60,924 nucleotides of DNA from Octopus sinensis (lineage: Eukaryota): contig NW_021832419.1 in assembly GCF_006345805.1 (NCBI RefSeq), positions 1 through 60,924 on the forward strand, written 5' to 3'. Below are positions 14,021 to 27,185 of this stretch, piece by piece (positions within the stretch are counted from its first letter, which is position 1; every line of letters begins with the position of its first letter). The position numbers were made by a program, and so were the translations under genes. Below the pieces are notes generated by a model. The model was not told where the DNA came from and ran no database searches. It saw nothing but the letters and a program-made list of their open reading frames with translations.

Positions 14021-14656
14021 ACTCACATTTGGGCATGTATGTCTGTGGGGTGATGCACACATACATACATTTTTAAGAAAAATCCTGCCCCCTTGTGTGT
14101 GTGTGTGTGTACCATGTGTCACATATGTCTGCTAGGTTTATAATTACAGCTAAGTAGTGCCTTACTTATGAGCGCATTGGGTATATACACCCCCACAAGG
14201 ATGTGTACCTACGCTTATGCCAGAATATATATTATATATATATAATATATATATATATATTATATACATATATATACTATGTATGTATGGTTGTATGCAT
14301 GCATTATGTATGTATGTATGTATGTATGTATGTATATATATTTAGAGTTGACAAGTGGAATAAATCTCAACTGCTTGACATCTGGAGAGATGATGACAGG
14401 AACCGAGAGAGATAGAGATAGAGAGAGAGAGTGTGTATGTGTGTATGTGTGAGAGAAAGTGAGATAAAGAACGGAAGAAGAATAGAGAGAGGGAGGTAAA
14501 GAGAGACAGAGAAGAGATGGGTTAAAGAACAATTAAGTCTATGTTTATGCATGCATGTACGTATGTACGTATGCATGCAGTCATGTACGTATGTATGCAT
14601 GTATGAATGTATGTATGTACTTATATATATATATATATATATTATATATACGCATA

Positions 14657-14836
14657 TGACAACCAATGCTGGTGTGTTTATGTCCCCGTTACTTAGCGGT
14701 TCAGCATAAGAGACCGATAGAATAAGTACTGGGCTTACAAAAGAATAAGTCTCGGGGTGGAGTTGTTCGATTAGAAGCGGTGCTCCAGAATGGCCGCATC
14801 AAATGACTGAAACAAGTAAAAGAGAGTAAAAGAGAG
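14657..14836 (+). mobile_element. SINE-A 3' half
   Basis: 'gacaaccaatgctggtgtgtttatgtccccgttacttagcgg...gactgaaacaagtaaaagagag'. Confidence 0.85.
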
Positions 14837-14965
14837 TATATATATATATATATATAATATATATATATATTATATATATATATAAATGAGGGAGATAAAT
14901 TAATATAATTTTAATATCATAGCAGGCCAGCCCTGCCAATATACACACACACACACACACACATA

Positions 14966-15026
<61 letters not shown>

Positions 15027-15093
15027 CGGTGTATGTATGTTTGTATGTCTGTATGTGTACGTTAACATATTGATATGCATGCATATAAACACA

Positions 15094-15125
<32 letters not shown>

Positions 15126-15949
15126 CAAGCGTCCATACATACATATTTCATTATGTAATATTTCAAACAAGCATTTAACTTTCCACATGTATTCTCTTTT
15201 ATTCAAACAATGCTCGTTGCTTTTGTACACATAAAAAACCCCAACAAATAACATAACTATACTTAACATCAGAGGTGAAGTTAAGTATAGCGCTGAAAGG
15301 AAAAAGAAAAACAAAATGGCCACCTGTTGCCATTGTTTCGTTAGACAGAGGCGACTGCAGTTTACGTTCTTGCGTGCGTACGTGTGCGTGTGTGGATGTG
15401 TATTTATTTGTAGGTTAAATGTCACTAATTATATTGAAGTCAGTAATTATAGACAACTATGTCATACAATATTCAATTACACAGTAAAGCTCTGGAAAAT
15501 AAACATACTCCCTAAAATAATTATTAATTTTCACACAAACACACAGAGACCACATCTCCGCCCTCTCCAGCACACAGTTTTCTAGGTTGGTCCAACAGCA
15601 CTTTTCACTCGGGAAGCGACGTGACGTTTAACCACGTCTTCAGACAAGTGAAAGTAAACATAATTGTGGATCGTTTGAAGTAGCGGAGGCACGTTATGGA
15701 AAGCCAATGAACCGGACTAAATAAACTGTTGAGCTCAACGTTTGTAATCGAGTACTTGTGATAGTTCCTTAACAGTGTGTGTGTGAAGAAGGCTAGCATG
15801 CCAAACTTCGAAGTCACTGACACCCTTCTTCATGTAAAAGTTTAAGAAACCGGTACGCTATTACAAAAGTACTGAGTAATCTTTCAATCTAATGTTAAAG
15901 TGCTCTCCTAGTTAAAAACACAAGCATCAAGCTATATAGATATCTATAC

Positions 15950-16028
<79 letters not shown>

Positions 16029-16074
16029 CCTACCTACCACCTACCTACCCCTACCTACCTACCTACCTACCTAC

Positions 16075-16114
<40 letters not shown>

Positions 16115-16115
16115 A
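15950..16115. repeat. (TATC)n-(TACC)n-(TATC)n microsatellite
   Basis: Direct reading. Confidence 0.95.
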
Positions 16116-16388
16116 TATATATAAGTATTACTTAGTATTACTTAGTATTACTTATCTATATATATATATATATATACATATATGTATAAACACATATACA
16201 TATATATATACTACTATATACATATGTTTACACATACATATATGTACACACACATGAATATACACAAATACATATATACATGCACATTTTTCTCTGTCTC
16301 GCTTTTTTATTTTATTCATTTATTTATTTCTTTGTTCTTTTAATCCCTTTCCTGTAAATACTCATACGTCGAAATCAACAAATTTGTT

Positions 16389-16770
16389 TGGTAAGTAGCT
16401 TGCTTCCAAACCACAGGGTTCCGGGTTCAGTCCCACTGCGTGGCATCTTGGGCAAGTGTCTTCTACTATAGCCTCGGGCTATCCACAGCCTTGTGAGTAA
16501 TTTGGTAGACGGAAACTGAGAGAAGCCTGTCGAATATGTGTGTGTGTGTGTATGTATGCATTTGTGTATCTGTGTTTGTTCTCCCACCATCACTTGACAA
16601 TCAACGTTGGTGGGTTTACGCTCCCGAAACTTAGCGGTTCGGCAAGAAGGCCGATAGAATAAGTACTAGGCTTACAGAGAATAAGTCCTGGGGTCGATTT
16701 GTTCCATTAAAGGTGTTGTTCCATCATGGTCTCAGTCAAATGACTGAAACAAGTAAAAGAATAAAGGAAT
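16389..16770 (+). mobile_element. SINE-A, slightly 5'-truncated
   Basis: Head, CORE-like box, central (TG)n and tail all present. Confidence 0.85.
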
Positions 16771-17560
16771 ACACACACGCATATATATATAAATGCACGT
16801 ATATATGCATATATATATACACGCACATAGATATACATATATACACATGTATATACATATTTATAAATACATATATATTACATATATGCATATCCATCCA
16901 TCTGTCTGTCCGTTTGTCTGTCTGTCTGTCTGTCTCTCTATATATATATGTTTAAATCACACAAACATATAGGTATGTGTATATATATTATATATACACC
17001 CACACACAACAAACACCACACACCACACACCACACACACAACACTCACACAAATATATATAGATATATATATATCTGAATACCACACATATACATTTCTA
17101 CATGTACACACACAAGTATTGCCAATAACATTATACTCTTAGTTGTTGAGTTAGTTATGTATTATCTACTTAAAACACTTTTCCATCAATGTTCGCTGAA
17201 AAGAGATGACGACTAAATCTGTGAATTCAATAAAAGCGAGCGGGGGAAATTAGAAATAAAATAAATTACCAGCGGAAATAAGATAAATAAAAATTACACT
17301 AATTCTCAATAGGTTTCCAACTTTGACACATGTTTAAGGGGGGAAAATACAACAAACGCACATCTTATGTTTAGTACACAATAGGCATAATGACCGCCAA
17401 AACATACTTGATCACGCGTATGATGAAGTATGTATACACAACTATATACATACACACGCACACATACACACACATGCACGCACACACTGAGACACGTCCA
17501 TATACTAATGTATATAGATAAGCTACTACACCTTCCCCTCTATCTCCCTATATATATATA

Positions 17561-17759
17561 TTAGGCAAGAATAGATAACAAAGCCAAGGCTGTGAGGAGT
17601 TTTCAGGACATTTATAAAGAAAGAGATATTGTCTTACAGTTGTTTCTGGGATATTATGGATATCCCTTCAACAGAAACAGCTGTAAGGCTATATCACTTT
17701 CCTTATATATGTCCTGAAAACTCTTCACAACCTTCGCTTTCTTATCTGTTCTTGTCTAA
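17561..17759. mobile_element. Penelope-like element (PLE) pLTR palindrome in (TA)n with degenerate hammerhead (17631-17676, -)
   Basis: About 85-bp inverted arms; minus strand reads t-CTGTTGA-agggatatccataatatccca-GAAAC-aact-GTA-agac; same family as 1454-1569. Confidence 0.7.
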
Positions 17760-17913
17760 TATATATATATTTATATATACAGGCTAATACATGACCCAAA
17801 TTAAGCGCCTCGTATCAAGATCGAACCAAGAGTTCAACTATGGTCTATCCTTAGTACTTACTTAGCATTACCTGCTACTCTTTGGATCTTCTAGATACTA
17901 ATACCTTTTATAC

Positions 17914-17948
<35 letters not shown>

Positions 17949-17966
17949 AGCACACACATATATGTG

Positions 17967-18520
17967 CAGGGTGGGGCAGAGAAGACGGGCTTTTTTGGGA
18001 ATGGCTATTATTCAGTCCCAGTTGGAGGGACATATGTCCGACAGGTACCATTCGATCCTTAGTGTCTTAGCATTTTTTTCCTTTCCAGGTGAAGCCATGG
18101 CGCTGTGGACGACAGAGCATCGCATGTTTGCCTGCGAGAGTTACGTGAAGAAAAACGAGTCCATCACAGCGGTTCTGCGTGAGTTTCGGCGTCACTTCAA
18201 CATTCGCCGAAATCAGGCTGTTCCCACCTGTAACACAGGGTGAATGCACCTCGTACACGAGGTACACTAATGAATAGGAGACCGGCGGACGTGCCACGAA
18301 CGGTACGGACCCCGGAAAATGTGGAACACGTCAGACAAACTTTGATACGGAGTACGAATCGCTCTGCTCGGAGGCATTCCACTGAACTTGGCATCGGTAA
18401 TCGAACGGTGGGGCATATTTTGCCCGAAGACCTGCATTTCCACTGATACAAATTGGTCATTGGACAACAGTTGAAACTATGGGACGACGCGTAGCAGCTC
18501 AACTTCGCACGTTAGATGGA
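17967..18520 (+). pseudogene. Decayed Tc1/mariner-superfamily transposon 5' end with transposase N-terminal HTH (DUF4817-like)
   Basis: Starts CAGGGTG; ATG at 18097 gives MALWTTEHRMFACESYVKKNESITAVLREFRRHFNI, then a frameshift into PRTVRTPENVEHVRQTLIRSTNRSARRHSTELGI..ILPEDLHFH*YKL. Confidence 0.85.
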
Positions 18521-18554
18521 AGTAATTTAGAGGCATATGACAACCCGTTAATAA

Positions 18555-19350
18555 CCTTTCCTAATTTGGGCGCAAGGCCAGCAATTTTCAGTAGAGGGAG
18601 AAGTAGTTCACATCGGCTCCAGTGTTCAACTGCGACATATTTTAATCGATCCAGAAAAGATAGAAGGCAAAGTCGACCTCGGTGATATTTGAACTCAGAA
18701 CGTAAAGATCCAGAAAAAAATGTTGCTTTCCATTTTATCTCACATACTGACGGTTCTGTCAGCTTGCCATCTTGATGTCGTTAAACAATCCTTTGAACTA
18801 CAGGCACATGGCCTGAAATTTTGTGGGAGGAGGCTAGTTGATAATATTGATCATAACTGCTCAACTGGTAATTATTTCATCGACCCCGAAAAAAAAAAAT
18901 GAAGGCCAAAATCGGTCTCGGAGGAATTTGAACTCAGAAAGTAAAGACGGTCGAAATGCCGCTATGCATTTCAATCCGGCGTGCCAACGATTCTGCCAGC
19001 TCGTCGCCCTGATGTCGTTAAATAACGAATGCAAAATTCCCATCTTAACACACAGTACTTTTGTTGGTTTGTGTGTTAACAATGCTAAGTATTATTTTGT
19101 AATAACTTACGTACTTGTTAACCTCGTGACAGACGACGAAATAACGGAATGCCGGAAATAGTAGAGCGCCTAACGAAATGTCACTTCAGACATTTAGTCA
19201 CCCATCTCTTTATTTTGAGTTCACATCTTGTTGTAGTGAGCAATAACTTTCAGCCTTCTAAGCGTAAATAAAATGAGTATGACCCGAGTGCAAACTTGGG
19301 GTCAATTCAACCACTTATACACCCACTAATTGTGCTGTTTTGACCCCGTG
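18555..19350. mobile_element. SINE-B copies (two -, one degenerate +)
   Basis: Core motifs at about 18665, 18880 and 19215-19280. Confidence 0.7.
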
Positions 19351-19529
19351 TAAAAAACAAAAAAATCATTACTGATTTCTAAGGGAAGAAAGGACAAAGT
19401 TACTCATGGCTGAATGTGGCAAAGTTTAACCGAGAGAAACTTGAAGTTGGTGATGTTCTTTTAAGTTCTGAGTACAGTTCACTCTGAGGTTGAATTTACC
19501 ATTTGTACCACAGGGATGAATCATTATTG

Positions 19530-20047
19530 ATTTCAAATTTTGGCACAATGCCATGACCTCGGGGCTCAACTGGTACTTATTTTACGGACTCCGAAAAGAT
19601 ATTAGGCAAAGTCGACCTTGGCGGGATTTTGACTAAGAACGTAAAGCCAGACGAAATGCCTATTTCTTTACTATCCACAAGGGGCTAAACACAGAGGAGA
19701 CAAACAAAGGACAGACAAACGGATTAAGTCGATTATATCGACCCAGTGCGTAACTGGTACTTAATTTATCGACCCCGAATGGATGAAAGGCAAAGTCGAC
19801 CTCGGCGGAATTTGAACTCAGAACGTAGCGGCAGACGAAATACCTATTTCTTTACTACCTACAAAGGGCTAAACACAGAGGAGACAAACGGATTAAGTCG
19901 ATTATATCGACCCCAGTGCGTAACTGGTACTTAATTTATCGACCCCGAAAGGATGAAAGGCAAAGTCGACCTCGGCGGAATTTGCGGCAGACGAAATAAC
20001 GCTAAGTATTTTGCCTGGCGTGTTAACGCTTCTGCCAGTTCGCTGCC
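19530..20047 (-). mobile_element. SINE-B trimer (two long-tail units plus one short-tail unit)
   Basis: Three consecutive cores joined at 'cgaaat(a/g)cc|tatttctttact'. Confidence 0.85.
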
Positions 20048-20316
20048 TGTATCCGTAGTCTATACTATTTCTCTCGCGTACAAGCCTTTGTACCCAAGTT
20101 AAAATTTATCATGAGATGGCAAAAGTCAGTAGAAACTCTGGTTAAATACATTGAGGTACGTAGTTAGCTCTTTATATTCTGATTTCGAATCGTGCCGAAG
20201 TTTACATTTACCTCTCATTCTTGTGTGTCATCGATGAAATGAAGTATATCATTCAAATATTCAAATAATCTAATAACGCCCACCACATCGCATAATGTGA
20301 TCGTATTAAGAATGTT

Positions 20317-20790
20317 GGCATGGTGTGGTTAAGAAGTTCGCTTTGCAATCATGTAGTTTCGAGTTCGGTCCCATTGGGGGGCATCATGGGCAAGCATCTT
20401 CTATTATAGACCTGGCCTGACTAATACTTTGCGAGTGAATTTTGTTGACAGAGACTTTGTGGAAGGTCCTCTCATACACACACACACACACACACTAGCG
20501 TAGCTAGGGGGCGCCGGTAGGGGCGGCACACACTTTAGATACGCTAGTGTGTGTGTGTGTGTGTGATGTATATATATATGTTCCCCCCCAGACACTTGAC
20601 AACCGGTGTTGGTTTGTTTACGTCTCCGTAACGTAGTCATTTGACAAAAGAGCCGATAAAATAAGTACTAGTTTAAAAAAAGAAAAAAGAAAGAAAAATT
20701 ATATGTACTCAGAGCGATCAGTTCGACTGAAACCCTTTAAAGTGGTGCTCTAGCATGGCCGCAGTCTAATGACTGAAACAGCAAAAAAAA
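20317..20790 (+). mobile_element. Diverged SINE-A
   Basis: Decayed head, 'gggcaagcatcttctattatag', tail 'gtgctctagcatggccgcagtctaatgactgaaac'. Confidence 0.75.
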
Positions 20791-21915
20791 GAAAGGTAAA
20801 TGATAAAATTGTCGAGTTGCTGAATCGGTATAGTGTTGCGATATTTATCAACATTCCTTTACGTTCTGAGTTCAACCGAGGTCATCTTTGCTTTTCATCT
20901 TTCCGAAGTAGATAAAATAAATGCTGATCTAGCATTTGGATCGATATAATCGATTATCATCTCTCACAAATGCGTGTCCTTGTGCCTATAAGAATAATCG
21001 TTGTTGCTGTTGTTGTTGTTGACGACGCTGTTGTATATAGAATGTTGTTGGTATTGTTCTTTGCTTTTGCTAGCTGTCACTTTAAACCGTAATATAGATT
21101 TAATTCGAGAGAACAAATTGAAAAACCAAGTACGTTCTATTTTGATATATATGATAACGTAATGGATGGAGAAGATTAGGTTTTCCTTTTTTTCTCAAAA
21201 AAAGAAAAAAAAGAGAAAAAAACAAGAAATAAAAGAGAGAAAAAATATAGCGGCATCATGGCCGCAACTTGTAGTTTTCTTTTCATTCCTACAAATATAA
21301 TAAAACACAAGAAACAACGCCCTGGCGCACGCGCACACACGGGCGGGCACGCACTCACTCACACACACATACAAACACACACACACACACACACAACACA
21401 CACACACACCACACACACACACACACGCATACGCATACGCACACGCACACAAACGTCACTCAACCTAATTGGCACCTTGTCAAAGCGTTAGAATAAAACG
21501 ATAAAATAGATTAGTGAACCCCAAATTAAGATTTATTTGCTAAAACAATTTTTCTTTTTCTTTATGGCATAGTCTACAACCATCTTTGATAACAGGTTTT
21601 AATAGATCCTGCACCCGCATTCCCCCACTCCAACCCCCACCTCTACCATCTCTGTATTCGACAAAAAAAAAAAAAATACCATTTATAATGCCAATGCCTT
21701 AAACTGAAACGCCCAGCGTTTGATGATGCAGCAGAAACTAAAACTCTCAACAAGACCAGGTTGAGGTTCGGTTGACAAGTGTAGTAATGCGGTGTGACTA
21801 ATGTGTCTTTTACTTGTTTCGGTCATTGGGCAGCAGCCATACTGGAGCACCGACTTGAAGTATTTAGTCGAATAAATCCTCATCACCACCACCATTACTC
21901 ATTTTTAAAGTCAGA

Positions 21916-22392
21916 GGGTCTTTTCGGTTTGAACGGCAGTTTTTTCTAGCGGTGTCATATGAAATTGTCACCCATAATTATGACCCTAATATCGATCTAT
22001 TGCATTTCAATCTATTTTAGGGTTAGGGTTAGAGTTAGGGTTAGTTAGGGTTAGTTTGGGTTAGGTTTAGGGTTAATTTGGGTTAGGGTTGGGGGTGGGA
22101 AAGGGTAGCTTTTTTTCTTCAGAAATGTAAATAAACCCAATCTGTTTCTTAAACGAGGGACATATTCATACGGCACAGAATGTTTTCACCTCAATAGACG
22201 TCCATTGATTGGTTGAAATTGCAGAAATTGAAGAAAAAAAACCAACAAATATCTTACAAACTATAGAATTTTCTCAATAAAGCCAAGAGAAAAGATGTTT
22301 TATAAACACATTCTACCAGTATACGAAGTTTAAAAGTGTTTAGTTACTTGGAAATTATTTTTAAAAACTGCCGGTCAAACCGAAAAGATCCC
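21916..22392. mobile_element. MITE with about 28-bp TIRs and internal degenerate (TTAGGG)n
   Basis: gggtcttttcggtttgaacggcagtttt ... aaaactgccggtcaaaccgaaaagatccc; telomere-like tract at 22017-22092. Confidence 0.8.
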
Positions 22393-22621
22393 CGACTTGA
22401 AGTGTTTAGTCGAATAAATCCTCACCACCACCACCACCACCATTACTCATTTTTAAAGTCAGGTACTAATTGTATTGGTTTCTTATGTCGAACCGCTAAG
22501 TTAGTTACGGCCGCGTAAACAAGCCAGTACCGGTTGTCCAGCGGTGGGAAGACAAACGTAAAGACACAGACATTCGTTCATATTCTTCCATCCCTCTTTC
22601 CCTCCCCGTCCCTTCCTCCAT

Positions 22622-22646
22622 CTATCACTCACTCACTCACTCACTC

Positions 22647-22695
<49 letters not shown>

Positions 22696-22746
22696 CAATC
22701 AATCAATCAATCAATCAGTCAGTCAGTCAGTCAGTCAGTCAGTCAG

Positions 22747-22842
<96 letters not shown>

Positions 22843-22849
22843 TCTATCT
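22622..22849. repeat. Compound tetranucleotide ladder TCAC-TCAA-TCAG-CCTG-TCTG-TCTA
   Basis: Direct reading. Confidence 0.95.
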
Positions 22850-23018
22850 ACAAGACGAGTTTCCACACAGTTTCCGCCTGCCAAATTCACTTACGAGGTA
22901 TCGCTTGGCCCAGAGCTATAGGAGAAGGCATTTTTGCACACGTTGCCGCGCAGTGGGACTGAACATGAAACCATTCGGTTGCATAGCAGGCTTCTAAACC
23001 CAAATTCGAATAAATCGG

Positions 23019-23020
<2 letters not shown>

Positions 23021-23057
<37 letters not shown>

Positions 23058-23117
23058 ACACATACACACACACACACAACACACTCACACACACACACAC
23101 TCACTCACTCATACACA

Positions 23118-23203
<86 letters not shown>
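23021..23203. repeat. (CA)n microsatellite
   Basis: Direct reading. Confidence 0.97.
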
Positions 23204-23205
<2 letters not shown>

Positions 23206-24573
23206 GAAAATTATAAAGAGCAGAGCGCAAATGGAAAAGCAAGTTGCGGCGATGGCGGCGGTGCACAATTTAGAAGTGCACGAAGTATTTTTGACGTGAT
23301 TGGTTTTATTTTAGTTTGAGAGAGTCGTAGGAAGACGAACGGAAATTATATAGCGGTCAAAGTATGGTTTAGCTGGAAACACAGAAAACCAGATTGATAG
23401 TCCTATGTATTCATGTTAAAGTAAATGTATATATTCATAGCTAAGCAAAAGTAATAGAAAACGAACTTGGCCCACAATGCAATACACATGATCTAAAACC
23501 AAAAAAAGAAGAAAAAAGTTTTGGCCTACATTTTTTCCCCCTAATTTGCTATAATTCATGAGTGAATGGCTGGGGATATATATTTGTTCCAATTCCTTTA
23601 TCTATTGAACCTTGGTTTCGGAGATGTTCCGATTTTTAACATATCTTCTTGCTATTCAATTTGTTTAGTTTAAAGTCGTCCTTGTAAGCGATTTTATTGA
23701 AACATCTCAACAATGGTGGGTCGGACTTTAATTTCCTGAAACAACCCAATGGTTTTCGCTTGCGGTAAAAGCAACTCAGTTCATAATCGTTTTTTTTCTT
23801 TCTTTCTTTCTTTCTTAATTATCTTCATCAAATAAAAAGATGGATGACTAGATAAAAAAGATGGCGGTATGGAAAAATGTAAAGAAAGTATTTGGTTAGA
23901 TTTAAGATTAGTTTCTTATTTATATTGTGTCAGTAGCCTTCCACAACACAATAGTGAATATAAAAAATTAAAAAAGAAAACATCGCCAAATTGACACAAA
24001 TGCTGTGTCAGACGATTGCTCATTTTGTTTATTTATTGTTCTCGCTTCCCGTCAAAATATTGTTGGTGTTAAAAGGGAAGAATGTACAGGGACTGTGTTT
24101 CAGCTGGCCCAACTAACCATCCTTCTTTATTTTCGCTAATCTGTCAGCTATTAACTAGAGTTCTTAAAGTTGTAAAAGGAAAATAAATATTTAGAGGAGA
24201 GAGCGAAACACGAAAATAAAATTTCAGTCGAAACAACAACATTCGATGCTTCACCATTATACATCGTCTCCTCCATTAGAGAAAACAAGCCTTCGCCTTC
24301 ACTTCACCCGGCTTCATACCACGACCCAGTTTCGATTTCCAATTAAAGCTGTTTCTTTACTTACGACGCTAATTCTTTTCGGAAAGATATGGTTGACTTA
24401 GAACCTCCATCCCCCAATAAATATGAGGCTTCGTGCATAGCTAAGGAATCATTGTATGTATTTCATACCAAATCCGATTTTAGAGAGGAAAAGTTGATTA
24501 AAGCAACTGGACAGGAATTGAACAATGGTTTTCTGGATTGAGAAAAATATCTGCAATATTAATGAAGTGTAGA

Positions 24574-25220
24574 GCAACGAACTGGAAGAATCGTTAGAAC
24601 GCCGGGCGAAATGCGTAGCCGTATTTCGTCTGCCGTTACGTTCTGAGTTCAAATTCCGTCGAGGTCGACTTTGCCTTTCATCCTTTCGGGGTCGATAAAT
24701 TAAGTACCAGTTACGCACTGGGGTCGATGTAATCGATTTAACCCCTTTGTCTGTCCTTGTTTGTCCCCTCTGTGTGTGGCCCCTTTTGGCCAGTAAAGAA
24801 ATAAGAATCGTTAGCACGCCAGGCAAAATACCTAGGAACATTTTGTACATCTTTACGTTTCGCGTTCAAATTCCGCTGAGGTCGATTTCGCCTTTCATTC
24901 TTTCAGGGTCGATTAAAATAATTACCAATCGACAAGTGGAATCGATTTAATCGACTTATACATCTCTGAAATTGCTGGCCTTGTGCCAAAACTCGAAATC
25001 AATATGAACTGAGTGTTTTTAAAGCGACGAGCTGGCAAAATCATTAGCACGCCGGACAAATTACTTAACGGCATTTCTTTCGGTTTTACGTTCTAAGTCC
25101 AAATTCCACCGAGATCGATAGAGCCTTTCGGAGTCAGTAAAATAAGTATGAGCTGAGCATTGGCGTCGATGTGATCGATTAGTCCCTTCCCCCCAAATTT
25201 TAGGCTTTGTACCTATAATA
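24574..25220 (+). mobile_element. SINE-B dimer plus monomer
   Basis: Long-tail unit joined to the next at 'aaagaaata|agaatcgttagc' (24803/24804); third copy from about 25022. Confidence 0.85.
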
Positions 25221-25417
25221 GGCGTAGGAGTGGCTGTGTGGTAAGTAGCTTGTTTACGAACCACATGGTTCCAGGTTCAGTTCCACTGCGTGGCACCTTG
25301 GGCAAGTGTCTTCTACTATAGCCACGGGCTGACCAAAGCCTTTTGAGTGGATTTGGTAGACGGAAACTGAAAGAAGCATGTCGTATATATATATATATAA
25401 TATATATATATATATAT

Positions 25418-25480
<63 letters not shown>

Positions 25481-25676
25481 TTGTGTGTCTGTATTTGTCC
25501 CCCAGCATCGCTTGACAACCGATGCTGGTGTGTTTAGTGGTTCGGCAAATGGAAGCGATAGAATAAGTACTAGGCTTACAAAGAATAAGTCCTGGGGGCG
25601 ATTTTCTCGACTAAAGGCGGTGCTCCAGCATAGCCGCAGTCAAATGATTGAAACAAGTAAAATAGTAAAAAAGGAA
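25221..25676 (+). mobile_element. SINE-A, full length
   Basis: Complete head, (TA)n(TG)n centre, tail. Confidence 0.9.
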
Positions 25677-26054
25677 TAGAAAAGACTATTAATAGAACAT
25701 CTACCACTTCGTATTCTGTTCCTTGACCATTTTATATGGTGCCATTAGACATTTCCAGTTGCAGCTAATGCAACTAACTCTATTACTAATACTTAGAGAA
25801 AAGGTGTAAATGTAATAATTTTGAAAAGCCTCAGCACTTTCAAGATATATTCAGGCCCGTCTCAGGTGCTCCAGCCTCGTGGATATTAAAGAGCCCTGTC
25901 TCACAAGCTTTGAATTCTTCTAGTCATGTCTTGCAAGATAGACGCAAAGTGTCAGGATCCATATCCAAGGTAAATCCCACTAAGTTAACATTTCTCTAAA
26001 ATTGTTTAGAAAATTTGAAGATAGTGCCATCAGATAAGAACAAGCGTGTCCAGT

Positions 26055-26106
<52 letters not shown>

Positions 26107-27092
26107 CACCTTAGCAAGAACTTTCCCATACAATCCCTACATTTCTTAGTTGTATTAAATGACATTTATCATCACCCTCGCACACATAGTTAAGGACAAC
26201 CCATCCTTATAAGAGCTGCACACTTTTTATCTATTCCACAGTGTTCAACAGCCAAGCCCAGAGCGAAGCTCTGAGTAGACTGTCAACTTCTGATGTAATA
26301 TACGTGTCTGCCCACTTTACCCGAAGTATTCAGTTCTATGTCTGATGATTTTTTCGCTATATAAAATATATCCTAATTTACATGCTGTACAACTGTTATT
26401 TTACAACATATAGTATTCATGTTATACACGCACAAAAACACTTACACCCACCAACGCAATCACGCACAAACATGCACACACACGCGCACACATAGACACA
26501 AACACGCACACATATGCATATACACACACGCACACACATATGCCATAGAACCTCCCAAAACTAAAAACCATTAAGTATTATCCTAGCATAACAAAATTAC
26601 CCACGAAGGCAATCATGCAATACCAATATATGTAATCACTATAAACCATGAACCCTTTGACATGTTCAACCGCACAAGAATGACAGCTTAGAATAACGAG
26701 ATCCCAGGATGTAAAAAAATTCACAAGCTTATCAAACATGCATTCCCATCATCAGCTGCCTAACGAATATCACTACGGTTTCGACACATATGTGTGTGTG
26801 TATACATTAGAAATATATTTTTGTGCACACACATACATATATATGTATACACACGCACACACATATATATACATGTAACTAAACACGTGCTATTTGCGAT
26901 TTCTTTTCCTTCTATGGACTTTACTATGCTCGAAACGTCAAAAACTTTCTCCTTTTACTGAACGTCAAACTAATACACTCCATGTGCACGTCCTATTGTT
27001 GTCTGTTATTGATAATTTTATTATCCATTTATTGGAATTGACTATGCATACATATATACATACAAACAACAAAATACCACGTTGTTGATGTT

Positions 27093-27185
27093 GAAACTCC
27101 AATGAAGGAACCTCAGATCTAGGTTAGAAACCGGTTATTTCTCTGTTGGCAAGAAATCTTGAAATGAACTGAATAATGATATACA
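27093..27185 (+). mobile_element. PLE pLTR-like fragment with hammerhead-like variant
   Basis: CCAATGA-aggaacctcagatctaggtta-GAAAC-CG-GTT: stem II aacct/aggtt, palindromic ACCGGT; core deviates from CUGANGA. Confidence 0.4.

Larger units (their letters stand above)
21805..23000 (-). mobile_element. Diverged SINE-A interrupted by a MITE and an expanded microsatellite
   Basis: Tail at 21805-21914, resumes at 22393-22575, head at 22853-23000. Confidence 0.7.

Noticed and set aside
22017-22092. Chromosome end or fusion scar
   Set aside because: Short, degenerate, single orientation and enclosed by MITE TIRs
26540-26790. Possible PLE RT-endonuclease linker relic (PPKLKTI, SCNTNIC)
   Set aside because: Too short and degenerate to call without a search
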